A stretch of DNA of 64,000 nt from an uncultured Ruminococcus sp. (GTDB lineage Bacteria; Bacillota; Clostridia; Lachnospirales; Lachnospiraceae): NCBI GenBank assembly GCA_904377845.1, contig CAJFGR010000002.1:11555-75554 (forward strand). Direction: 5' to 3'. Position numbers and translations under genes: made by a program. Below are positions 47,715 to 56,346 of the stretch, piece by piece; the stretch's first letter is position 1, and each line of letters starts with the position of its first letter. A model generated the notes under the pieces. That model did no database searches, was not told the origin of the DNA, and saw only the letters and a program-made list of their open reading frames with translations.

Positions 47715-48110
47715 ATGAATATCGGTCTGATTGCACACGATGCGAAAAAGAAGCTGATGCAGAATTTCTGTATCGCCTACCGCGGAATACTCAGCAAGCA
47801 TGAGCTGTACGCTACGGAAACGACAGGAATTCTGGTGGAAAGTGTAACAAATTTAAGTATTCACAAGTTTCTGGCAGGTCATCTGGGAGGAATGCAGCAG
47901 CTGGGATCCCAGATCGAACATAACAATATCGATCTGCTCATTTTTTTCAGAGATCCGCTTGCACCCCGGCCGCATGAACCGGATGTCAACGATATCGTTA
48001 AACTTTGTGATATGTACAATATTCCGATCGCCACGAATATTGCAACGGCAGAGGCGCTGATCCTCGCACTTGACAGAGGGGATCTTGACTGGCGTGAAAT
48101 GTACAAATAA
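47715..48110 (+). CDS. mgsA: Methylglyoxal synthase
   Basis: It has the MNIGLIAHDAKKKLM and GGMQQLGSQI motifs and is 131 aa. The ATG at 47715 follows TAAGGAGAG. Confidence 0.92.
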   Translation: MNIGLIAHDAKKKLMQNFCIAYRGILSKHELYATETTGILVESVTNLSIHKFLAGHLGGMQQLGSQIEHNNIDLLIFFRDPLAPRPHEPDVNDIVKLCDMYNIPIATNIATAEALILALDRGDLDWREMYK

Positions 48111-48137
48111 AAACATATTAGAAGGAAACAGACAGTA

Positions 48138-49214
48138 ATGAATCAGAGAATAAGAAGAAATTCCGGCAGAAGGAGAAGGCGCCGCCGCCGTCAACAGAGG
48201 CGTGCCGCTGTTCTTCTCATTTGTCTTGTCATTCTGATTGGAGCAGTTTCTGCAGGAGTCCTTATTATCCGGGAACTGACGGGAAACTATACGGCATCTT
48301 ATGAAGCGGATAATTATAATAAGAATTTATATCAGGGAACATTGTTCGCCAGCGATCTGTGTGTGGCATCGGAGGAGGTTGATCTGGAAGGGTTCGTGCC
48401 TGATACAGATCTTCATGCCGCAGGTTTATTTAACCTGGATGAAGACAGTGTTGTGTGCGGCTATAAGCTGTATGACCGCCTTTATCCGGCCAGTACAACC
48501 AAGATTATGACAGCGCTTTTAGCGTTGAAATACGGTAATATGGATGACGAGGTGACGATCAGCTCCAATGCTACGGATTTTAATTGGGATGAAGTGACGA
48601 GCGGACTGCGGACAGGGGACAAAGTGTCGATGTATGATCTTGTATGCGGGCTGCTGCTCCATTCAGGAAACGACTGCGGAACCGCTATTGCCGAGCATAT
48701 TGCGGGAAGCGAGAACACATTTGCAGATATGATGAATGAGGAGGCTGCTTCACTGGGGGCAACCGGCACACATTTTGCAAATCCTCATGGTCTGCACGAT
48801 GAGAATCATTATACTACAGCGTATGACCTTTATCTTATATTTAACGAGTGCATTAAAGATGAACGTTTTGTAGACATCATATCAATGGATTCCTATACAG
48901 GAACGCTGACAGGATCTGACGGAACTGTCCGTAATCAGGTATGGACGCCGACCCAGGCATACGGAGCGGGATCAGCAGTGGAGCCGGAGGGCGTCCGTGT
49001 GCTGGGTGGAAAGACAGGGACGACACAGCAGGCGGGAAACTGCGTGATTCTCTATGATGAGGACTCCAGCGGACATCCGTATATTTCTGTGATTATGGGG
49101 GCAGACGGAACGACACGGCTGTATGACCAGATGAATACGCTTATGCAGTCTGGAATTGCGGGTACAACGTCTCAGGATTCACAGTCTTCCGCAGACGAAC
49201 AGACAGCCGAATAG
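48138..49214 (+). CDS. D-alanyl-D-alanine carboxypeptidase (serine-type, PBP5/DacB-like)
   Basis: It has an N-terminal Arg-rich segment and a TM anchor, then SxxK (ASTTK), SxN (HSGND) and KTG (GKTGTT). Confidence 0.88.
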   Translation: MNQRIRRNSGRRRRRRRRQQRRAAVLLICLVILIGAVSAGVLIIRELTGNYTASYEADNYNKNLYQGTLFASDLCVASEEVDLEGFVPDTDLHAAGLFNLDEDSVVCGYKLYDRLYPASTTKIMTALLALKYGNMDDEVTISSNATDFNWDEVTSGLRTGDKVSMYDLVCGLLLHSGNDCGTAIAEHIAGSENTFADMMNEEAASLGATGTHFANPHGLHDENHYTTAYDLYLIFNECIKDERFVDIISMDSYTGTLTGSDGTVRNQVWTPTQAYGAGSAVEPEGVRVLGGKTGTTQQAGNCVILYDEDSSGHPYISVIMGADGTTRLYDQMNTLMQSGIAGTTSQDSQSSADEQTAE

Positions 49215-49248
49215 AATGCTTTTACAGACAGAAGGACAGCAAGCAAAT

Positions 49249-49293
49249 AAGCCTTCGGATTTCCGAAAGACACGGAGATCCGAAGGCTTTTCT
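49249..49293. terminator. Bidirectional terminator between the dac gene and the DUF378 gene
   Basis: AAGCCTTCGGAT ... ATCCGAAGGCTT forms a 12-bp stem, followed by TTCTC. Confidence 0.65.
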
Positions 49294-49311
49294 CTGCCCG
49301 GTGGTTTTATA

Positions 49312-49515
49312 TTATTCTGACATTCCTCTGACCCTGCCGAAAAAGCTGAGCAGATATAATCCGCAGAGTCCCACAAGGGTATAGACAATCCTTGAAAGCC
49401 AGCTTAAATTGCCAAAAAGAAATGCGACAAGGTCAAAGCGAAAGATCCCCACAAGCAGCCAGTTGACCGCACCAATGATCACGATCGTCAGTGCTGTGTA
49501 ATCAAACCATTTCAT
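49312..49515 (-). CDS. DUF378 family small membrane protein
   Basis: It is a 67-aa two-TM protein, MKWFDYTALTIVIIGAVNWLLVGIF..DLVAFLFG, which is characteristic of DUF378. Confidence 0.8.
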   Translation of the reverse strand: MKWFDYTALTIVIIGAVNWLLVGIFRFDLVAFLFGNLSWLSRIVYTLVGLCGLYLLSFFGRVRGMSE

Positions 49516-49607
49516 TTTATTTCCTCCTTTACCATCTCAATATTTTTATTATTCCCTTAAGAACTGGAAATATACATCAGAAAATGTTATACTATTTAAG
49601 TTAGAAA

Positions 49608-51038
49608 ATGAACAGAAAAGTATTATGGAGGTGTTTATCTGATTTGACATCCCAAAAAAACAAATCAGTCAGCATTAAGAAATACAGAAAGAAACGAGAG
49701 ATTAATCTGGGCATTATTTTATTCTCTATTGTATTTATTTATCTGATAGTGACCGTGCTTCTATACTTTACCGGGGACAATATTTCTGCCTATGAGGTCA
49801 GGGAAGGAAGCATTGTAAGAGATGATTCCTATACCGGTCTTATTCTGCGGGAAGAAACAGCGGTAACTGCCGATGCAGACGGATATATCAGTTACTATCA
49901 GAATGAGAACAGCAAGGTGAAGGCAGGTACAAATATTTATGCGCTTTCACAGCAGCCGCTGGATACGGAAGAAAATGTATCGGCGGATAATCAGAATTCA
50001 GGTGTCTCACAGGAAACATTGTCCGGTATCATTTTTCAAATGCAAAGTTTTAATGAAAATTACCGTCCTGCAGATTTTTCGTCTGTTTATTCTCTGAAAA
50101 ACGAGATTAATACTTCTCTTCAGGATTCCTACAGTGAGACCAGGATGGCACATCTGGGTGCAGTGATTGAGGCCAGCGGGCAGGAAGTGGCATCCTATAC
50201 TACACCGCGGGACGGAATTGTTGCGTTTACGGTGGATGGATATGAATCGCTGACAAAGGAAGATATAAGTGCAGAGAATTTTGATAATACAGAGTATGAA
50301 AGCACGGTTCTTTCGGATCAGATGAAGATAAGTGCAGGCGATCCTGTTTACCGGCTGATTACAAGTGAGGACTGGTCGGTGATCGTCCCGCTTGATAAAG
50401 AGACTGCAGAGCAGCTTATAGATGATGAAATAGCGAGTGTGAAAGTCAGGATAGACAAAGACAGCGAAACAATGAGGGCAGCTCTCTCCATAGAAGAGAA
50501 GGATGGAGTTTACTATGGCTGTCTGGATTTCGATAATTCAATGATACGTTATGCTGAAGACAGATTTTTAAATGTAGAACTGATTCTTGAAGACGAGAGC
50601 GGACTTAAAATACCTAAATCTTCAGTGGTTGAAGAAAAATTCTATGTAGTTCCTGAAGATTATATTACAACAGGCGGCAACAGTTCTTCTGAGGGCGTTA
50701 TGATACAGAGTGAAAGCGGCGGAGTTGAATTTACACCTGTAGAAATCTATGATGAATCAGATGAAGGTGAAGTATGTATAAGCCGGGAGGATCTCAGGTA
50801 CGGGGATGTACTTGTTATGCCGGAATCAAGCGAGACGTATACTGTTGGGAAAACGAAGGATCTTCAGGGTGTTTATAACATAAATAAGGGTTATGCCGTA
50901 TTTAAAAAGGTGAGTATTCTCTGCGAGAACGATGAATATTACATCGTGCGTGAGGGAGAAAGTTACGGACTGTATAATTATGATCACATTGTTCAGAATG
51001 GATCGAGCGTCAGTCCGGATGAAGTTGTTTTTCAGTAA
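49608..51038 (+). CDS. Membrane-anchored protein of unknown function (possibly a HlyD-like / barrel-sandwich fold)
   Basis: It has a single N-terminal TM segment (LGIILFSIVFIYLIVTVLLYF) and a large extracytoplasmic part. The start is uncertain: ATG at 49608 has no SD, and an in-frame TTG at 49644 lies 12 nt after GGAGG. Confidence 0.6.
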   Translation: MNRKVLWRCLSDLTSQKNKSVSIKKYRKKREINLGIILFSIVFIYLIVTVLLYFTGDNISAYEVREGSIVRDDSYTGLILREETAVTADADGYISYYQNENSKVKAGTNIYALSQQPLDTEENVSADNQNSGVSQETLSGIIFQMQSFNENYRPADFSSVYSLKNEINTSLQDSYSETRMAHLGAVIEASGQEVASYTTPRDGIVAFTVDGYESLTKEDISAENFDNTEYESTVLSDQMKISAGDPVYRLITSEDWSVIVPLDKETAEQLIDDEIASVKVRIDKDSETMRAALSIEEKDGVYYGCLDFDNSMIRYAEDRFLNVELILEDESGLKIPKSSVVEEKFYVVPEDYITTGGNSSSEGVMIQSESGGVEFTPVEIYDESDEGEVCISREDLRYGDVLVMPESSETYTVGKTKDLQGVYNINKGYAVFKKVSILCENDEYYIVREGESYGLYNYDHIVQNGSSVSPDEVVFQ

Positions 51039-51066
51039 TGTGAATTGATAGAAAGGAGCGGCAGAT

Positions 51067-51759
51067 ATGCTGAAAGAAAATCTGGAATCCGTAGAGGCGA
51101 GAATTCAGGCGGCCTGTGACAGAGCCGGGAGAAAACGAGACGAGGTTACACTTATTGCAGTAAGCAAGACAAAACCTGTAAGTATGCTGCAGGAAGCCTA
51201 TGATCTGGGAGTGCGTATATTCGGTGAAAATAAAGTACAGGAAATACGCGATAAATACGAGGCGCTCCCCAAAGATATCGAGTGGCATATGATCGGGCAC
51301 CTTCAGACAAATAAAGTAAAATATATAGTGGACAAAGTAAAACTGATCCATTCCGTTGATTCGCTGAAGCTGGCTGAGACAATTGAAAAGGAAGCTGAGA
51401 AGCACAATTGCACGGCGGATATTCTCCTTGAGGTAAATGTGGCGGAGGAAGAAAGCAAATTCGGATTGAAGTCAGAAGAGGTACTGCCTCTTTATGATGA
51501 GATAAGACAGTATTCTCACATTAATGTCCGCGGACTTATGACAATTGCTCCTTTTGTTGATAATCCTGAAAAAAATCGTACAATTTTTGCCGATTTACGT
51601 AAATTATATGTTGACATTAAGGAAAAAAACATTGATAATGATACTGTGAGCATACTTTCGATGGGGATGACCAATGATTACGAAGTCGCGATCGAAGAGG
51701 GAGCTACCATGGTGAGAATCGGAACCGGAATCTTTGGTGCCAGGGACTACAGTGTGTAG
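51067..51759 (+). CDS. yggS: YggS/YlmE family pyridoxal-phosphate homeostasis protein
   Basis: It has VTLIAVSKTKP with the PLP lysine, GENKVQE, HMIGHLQTNKV and a C-terminal SMGMTNDYEVAIEEGATMVRIGT. Confidence 0.92.
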   Translation: MLKENLESVEARIQAACDRAGRKRDEVTLIAVSKTKPVSMLQEAYDLGVRIFGENKVQEIRDKYEALPKDIEWHMIGHLQTNKVKYIVDKVKLIHSVDSLKLAETIEKEAEKHNCTADILLEVNVAEEESKFGLKSEEVLPLYDEIRQYSHINVRGLMTIAPFVDNPEKNRTIFADLRKLYVDIKEKNIDNDTVSILSMGMTNDYEVAIEEGATMVRIGTGIFGARDYSV

Positions 51760-51837
51760 ACTGCATAAACTGGAAAGAAAGTATGAAAGAAAAAAGATGT
51801 GCCTGCCCGAATGGCAGGACGGGATAGGAGTGTAAAA

Positions 51838-52386
51838 ATGGGTGTATTTGATAAATTTCTGGACATCATGAAATTAAACGACGATGATTATGATGACGAT
51901 GAATTTTATGATGATGATGAGTTCTATGATGACGACAATTACGAGGAAAAACCTCATCGCCGTTCGCTGTTCGGAAAGAAAAATACGAAGGAAGATAATT
52001 ACGACGATTTCGATATGGAAGAGGACAAGAAGTATCAGCCTTCTGCTAATAACAAAGTAACACCGATGAGACATCCGGCTGTTAAGAGCGGCGGACATAT
52101 GGAAGTCTGTGTAGTGAAACCTACATCAGTTGATGATTCAAGAGAAATTACGGAGACGCTTCTGTCAGGACGTACAGTGATCCTGAATCTTGAGGGAATG
52201 GATCTGGAAATTGCGCAGAGAATCATTGATTTTATTTCCGGTGCAACATTTGCAATCAGCGGAAATCTGCAGAAGATTTCAAATTATATTTTCCTTGTAA
52301 CGCCTACAAACGTTGACATTTCCGGAGATCTTCAGGATCTGCTGGGAGGTTCCATGGAGTCTGCCAGTGTAAGAGGAAGATATTAA
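51838..52386 (+). CDS. sepF: Cell division protein SepF
   Basis: It has an N-terminal membrane-targeting helix MGVFDKFLDIMKL, an acidic linker, and a conserved C-terminal domain (VVKPTSVDDSREITETLLSGRTVILNLEGMD). Confidence 0.9.
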   Translation: MGVFDKFLDIMKLNDDDYDDDEFYDDDEFYDDDNYEEKPHRRSLFGKKNTKEDNYDDFDMEEDKKYQPSANNKVTPMRHPAVKSGGHMEVCVVKPTSVDDSREITETLLSGRTVILNLEGMDLEIAQRIIDFISGATFAISGNLQKISNYIFLVTPTNVDISGDLQDLLGGSMESASVRGRY

Positions 52387-52396
52387 GAGGCGTACT

Positions 52397-53188
52397 ATGA
52401 ATCAGGATAAAGAGCTTCTGAATCTTGAGAAGCGTTTCGCTGAACTATCCCGCACAGCTTATCAGAGGGATATTATTACATATACGGATTTCCTGAATCT
52501 TAATGAACAGAACATTTTGCATATGCTGCCGAAAGACCGGCTCTATACGAGAGTCGTATATTTCGGCGGCTATGAAATGGCAGAGCGTCAGATGGCGGCA
52601 TTTATCCCTGATGCTCTTTATTTGCGTTACGGGAAAAATGAGATAACGCCGGCAGAGACGGGATATCCTTTCTGCGCCTTGAAAATAACACCTGTGAATC
52701 TGAAGTTTGCCGAAAAACTGACTCACCGCGATTATCTGGGCGCTGTATTAAATCTCGGTATAGACCGTTCCAGAACCGGAGATATTATACCGGAAGATAC
52801 AGGTGCGCTCCTCTTTGTTCACAATGATATTGCGGATTTTCTGTGCAGCGAGCTTACAAGAGTAAGACATACGTCAGTCAGTGCAGAGCAGGTTCCGCTG
52901 ACTGAGATTGATTATACGCCTGAATTTGAAGAGGTTCGCGGAACTGTGGCGTCTGTACGGCTGGACAGTCTGCTTTCACTTGCCTTTAATCAGTCAAGGA
53001 GCAGACTTACGGGACTTATAGAAGGGGCAAAGGTATATGTCAACGGGCGGCTTATTACAAGTAACGGATATCAGCCGGAGGAAGGCGATATTATTTCGGT
53101 TCGCGGCATGGGCAAGTTCCGTTACGAATATGCAGGCGGCAGAACCCGCAAGAACAGAATAAGTGTGGTAATAAACAGATATATATAA
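52397..53188 (+). CDS. ylmH: YlmH-like RNA-binding (S4 domain) protein
   Basis: It has a C-terminal S4 domain (RLDSLLSLAFNQSRSRLTGLIEGAKVYVNGR) and sits after sepF. Confidence 0.82.
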   Translation: MNQDKELLNLEKRFAELSRTAYQRDIITYTDFLNLNEQNILHMLPKDRLYTRVVYFGGYEMAERQMAAFIPDALYLRYGKNEITPAETGYPFCALKITPVNLKFAEKLTHRDYLGAVLNLGIDRSRTGDIIPEDTGALLFVHNDIADFLCSELTRVRHTSVSAEQVPLTEIDYTPEFEEVRGTVASVRLDSLLSLAFNQSRSRLTGLIEGAKVYVNGRLITSNGYQPEEGDIISVRGMGKFRYEYAGGRTRKNRISVVINRYI

Positions 53189-53204
53189 GGATGGAAAACA
53201 GATA

Positions 53205-53723
53205 ATGAATCGACATAAAACAGGCATAAAAGGATATTTTTTCGCAGCGGCAGGCTTTGCTCTGGCGCTGATACTGGATCAGCTGACCAAGTGTCTGGCT
53301 GACCTGTATCTGAAAGACAGACCGGCAAAGGTACTCATAGACGGTGTGTTTGAGCTTAGATATCTGGAAAACAGGGGGGCCGCATTCGGCATGATGCAGA
53401 ATATGCAGTACGCTTTTATTGCGGGGGCCGTTGCAGTATGCATCATTATTCTTTTCCTATATATCAAGATGCCTCACACATTCAGATACCTTCCATTACG
53501 AATATGTGCTGTCCTCTTATTTGCTGGAGCGGTTGGAAATATGATCGATCGTATCAGACTGAATTATGTAATTGATTTCTTTTATTTCAGGCTGATTGAT
53601 TTCCCGATTTTCAATGTCGCGGACTGTTACGTTGTAATAGCGTGTGTAGTTTTTGCATTTCTTATCCTTTTCTATTACAGAGATGAGAATGATTTTAATT
53701 TCCTCAGCAGAAAGAAAGGGTGA
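53205..53723 (+). CDS. lspA: Lipoprotein signal peptidase (signal peptidase II)
   Basis: It is a four-TM protein with NRGAAFG and FNVADC motifs. Confidence 0.92.
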   Translation: MNRHKTGIKGYFFAAAGFALALILDQLTKCLADLYLKDRPAKVLIDGVFELRYLENRGAAFGMMQNMQYAFIAGAVAVCIIILFLYIKMPHTFRYLPLRICAVLLFAGAVGNMIDRIRLNYVIDFFYFRLIDFPIFNVADCYVVIACVVFAFLILFYYRDENDFNFLSRKKG

Positions 53724-53732
53724 TATGACAGG

Positions 53733-54647
53733 ATGGATGTGATTAATCTTACAGCCCGAAATTCAGGGGAAAGGATCGACAGATTTTTATGCAAAGATCT
53801 TGAGAGCCTTTCCCGTTCTTATTTGCAGAAGCTTTTGAAAGACGGGGATATCAGTGTAAACGGAAAATCAGTGAAAGCCAATTATAAGGTGTCTGAGGGA
53901 GACGAGATACAGGTCTGTATTCCGGAACCGGAGAGCCCTGATATCCTCCCGGAAGACATTCCGCTCGATATCATCTATGAAGACGATGATATTCTTGTGG
54001 TAAATAAGCCAAAAGGTATGGTCGTGCATCCCGCCCCGGGACATTACAGCCATACGCTCGTAAATGCGGTGATGTATCACTGCGGGGATCAGCTGTCGGG
54101 AATTAATGGTGTTCTGAGACCGGGAATCGTGCACAGAATCGATATGGATACGACAGGCTCTCTGCTTGTATGCAAAAACGACCGCGCACATCAGATTCTT
54201 GCAGAGGAACTCAAGGAACATTCTATTACGCGGAGATATCACGCAATTGTGTGTGGAAATATAAAAACGGATAAAGGTACAGTGGACGCTCCGATCGGAA
54301 GGCATCCTGTGGATCGCAAGAAAATGAGTACAAAAGCCCCCAATGGAAGGCGTGCAGTTACGCATTATAAAGTGCTTGAACGTTTCGGAAATTACACATA
54401 TATCGAGTGTGAACTGGAAACCGGAAGAACACACCAGATCCGTGTGCATATGGCAAGTATTGGTCATCCGATACTGGGAGATGCGGTATATGGTCCGGCA
54501 AAATGTCCATACGGGCTTCAGGGTCAGACGCTTCATGCAAAAATACTCGGAATTACGCATCCTTCAACCGGAGAATATATGGAATTCGATGCTCCGCTGC
54601 CGGAGTATTTTTCAGATCTTCTGGAAAGACTGAGAAGAAAATCATAA
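53733..54647 (+). CDS. rluD: RluA/RluD-family 23S rRNA pseudouridine synthase
   Basis: It has an N-terminal S4 domain and the catalytic motif HRIDMDTTG. The HQIRVH motif and the lspA-rluD pairing are typical of Firmicutes. Confidence 0.9.
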   Translation: MDVINLTARNSGERIDRFLCKDLESLSRSYLQKLLKDGDISVNGKSVKANYKVSEGDEIQVCIPEPESPDILPEDIPLDIIYEDDDILVVNKPKGMVVHPAPGHYSHTLVNAVMYHCGDQLSGINGVLRPGIVHRIDMDTTGSLLVCKNDRAHQILAEELKEHSITRRYHAIVCGNIKTDKGTVDAPIGRHPVDRKKMSTKAPNGRRAVTHYKVLERFGNYTYIECELETGRTHQIRVHMASIGHPILGDAVYGPAKCPYGLQGQTLHAKILGITHPSTGEYMEFDAPLPEYFSDLLERLRRKS

Positions 54648-54762
54648 CTTTTCATTGTAATACGTTCAATTTATAGTTATAATACTCATATGAAGTGCGT
54701 GATTTGTATATTTTTTTATGCAAAATCACAAATATAATTGGCGTAAAGGAGAGTGGCTTACA

Positions 54763-55410
54763 ATGAAAACAAATACGATTATAACAATAGGACGAGAATT
54801 CGGAAGTGCGGGAAGAGAGATCGGATACAAGGTTGCCGAGGCATTTGACATTAAGCTGTATGATAAAGAGATGCTGGCACGGGCGGCAAAAGAGAGCGGT
54901 ATCTGTGAGGAAATTTTTGAGACTCATGATGAGAAACCGACAAACAGTTTTCTGTATTCACTTGTAATGGATACATATTCTATGGGATATTCAGGAAATA
55001 CATATACTGATATGCCCATTAACCATAAAGTATTCCTTGCACAGTTTGATGCCATTAAGAAGATAGCAGATGAAGGACCGTGTATTCTTGTGGGTCGCTG
55101 TGCTGACTATGCGCTTGAGTCATATAAAAATGTAGTAAGTGTATTCATTCATGCAGACCTGAATGCCCGCATCAGAAGAATTGCCCGTATTTACAATCTG
55201 ACAGATGCAAAGGCCAAAGATATGATTCTGAAAACAGATAAGAAGCGTTCCAGCTATTATAATTACTATACAAACAAGAAATGGTCGGATGCAGAAAGCT
55301 ATGAGCTCTGCCTGACCAGTTCGGAACTCGGAATTGACGGAACGGCGAAAGCTATTATCGATTATGTTCAGCTGAAAGAAAGCATCAGCAAGGAAAAGAG
55401 ATTTGTGTAG
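54763..55410 (+). CDS. Cytidylate kinase-like family protein (P-loop NTPase, function unclear)
   Basis: It has the N-terminal ITIGREFGSAGREIG motif, typical of the clostridial Cmk-like family. The ATG at 54763 follows TAAAGGAGAG. Confidence 0.75.
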   Translation: MKTNTIITIGREFGSAGREIGYKVAEAFDIKLYDKEMLARAAKESGICEEIFETHDEKPTNSFLYSLVMDTYSMGYSGNTYTDMPINHKVFLAQFDAIKKIADEGPCILVGRCADYALESYKNVVSVFIHADLNARIRRIARIYNLTDAKAKDMILKTDKKRSSYYNYYTNKKWSDAESYELCLTSSELGIDGTAKAIIDYVQLKESISKEKRFV

Positions 55411-55446
55411 CGGAAAATACGCGTAAAAGTAAATATCTGTAATGGA

Positions 55447-55485
55447 GAAATCTCCCGGCGGGTCATAGATCAGCCGGGAGATTTC
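55447..55485. terminator. Hairpin shared by the convergent cmk-like and ttcA-like genes
   Basis: GAAATCTCCCGGC-N13-GCCGGGAGATTTC forms a 13-bp stem. The flanking T-tracts are weak. Confidence 0.5.
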
Positions 55486-55492
55486 TGCAGGT

Positions 55493-56239
55493 TCAGTTTT
55501 CCTTTGCGCGGAAATGTATTTTGCGTTCCGGCCATCCGGAGATATTGCCGGAAAGGATTGCGTGGAACATTCTTTCTCTGGCGCCGGGGTGTTCTGTGTT
55601 GAGCTGCTTCAGCAGCTCTTTTGCATACTGACGTTTTGTATAACCATCCACCGGACATTTGCTCTTGACTACCGGAAGATTATATTTGTTCTTAAAACCG
55701 ATCACATCCATTTCATCTACAAACATGAGCGGCCGGATAACGGTGAGATCCATCCGGTCCAGATAAGTTCTCGGTGAAAACGAATGAAATCTTCCTTCAA
55801 AAATCAGTGAGAGAAGCATTGTTTCGATAATATCATCTTTGTGATGTGCATATGCAACTTTATTGCAGCCCATTTCCTTGATTGCCTGATTGAGGGCTCC
55901 TTTCCGCATCTTGGCACAGAGAGAGCAGGGGTTGCTCTCTTTACGTATATTGAAAAGAATATCGTAGATTTCAGACTTAACGATCTTGTACGGAACCTGC
56001 ATCTCATTGCAGAGCGACTGGATCGGAGAAAGATCAAAGTCTTCAAATCCGAGATCTACTGTTACTGCACTGAGTTCAAATTTCTTTGGATAAAAGCGCC
56101 GAAGACCGTGGAGAGCATAAAGAAGTGTCAGACTGTCTTTTCCGCCGGATATTCCTACTGCGATATGATCGCCTTCCTGTATCATATCATATTCGTCAAC
56201 GGCTTTTCGTGTATAGCTTAGTAAACGCTGTAACTGCAT
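55493..56239 (-). CDS. PP-loop ATPase, TtcA-like tRNA 2-thiocytidine biosynthesis family
   Basis: It has the SGGKDS PP-loop and the CSLCAKMRKG Cys motif, and is about 250 aa. Confidence 0.82.
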   Translation of the reverse strand: MQLQRLLSYTRKAVDEYDMIQEGDHIAVGISGGKDSLTLLYALHGLRRFYPKKFELSAVTVDLGFEDFDLSPIQSLCNEMQVPYKIVKSEIYDILFNIRKESNPCSLCAKMRKGALNQAIKEMGCNKVAYAHHKDDIIETMLLSLIFEGRFHSFSPRTYLDRMDLTVIRPLMFVDEMDVIGFKNKYNLPVVKSKCPVDGYTKRQYAKELLKQLNTEHPGARERMFHAILSGNISGWPERKIHFRAKEN

Positions 56240-56346
56240 AATTCTGTTGGATCCTTTCTCTTATTGATACATATTTTTATATTATACTGATCAGAGGCCA
56301 GAATTACAAGAGGCGTATGTATGTAAACCGGTCAGACTGCAGTAAA

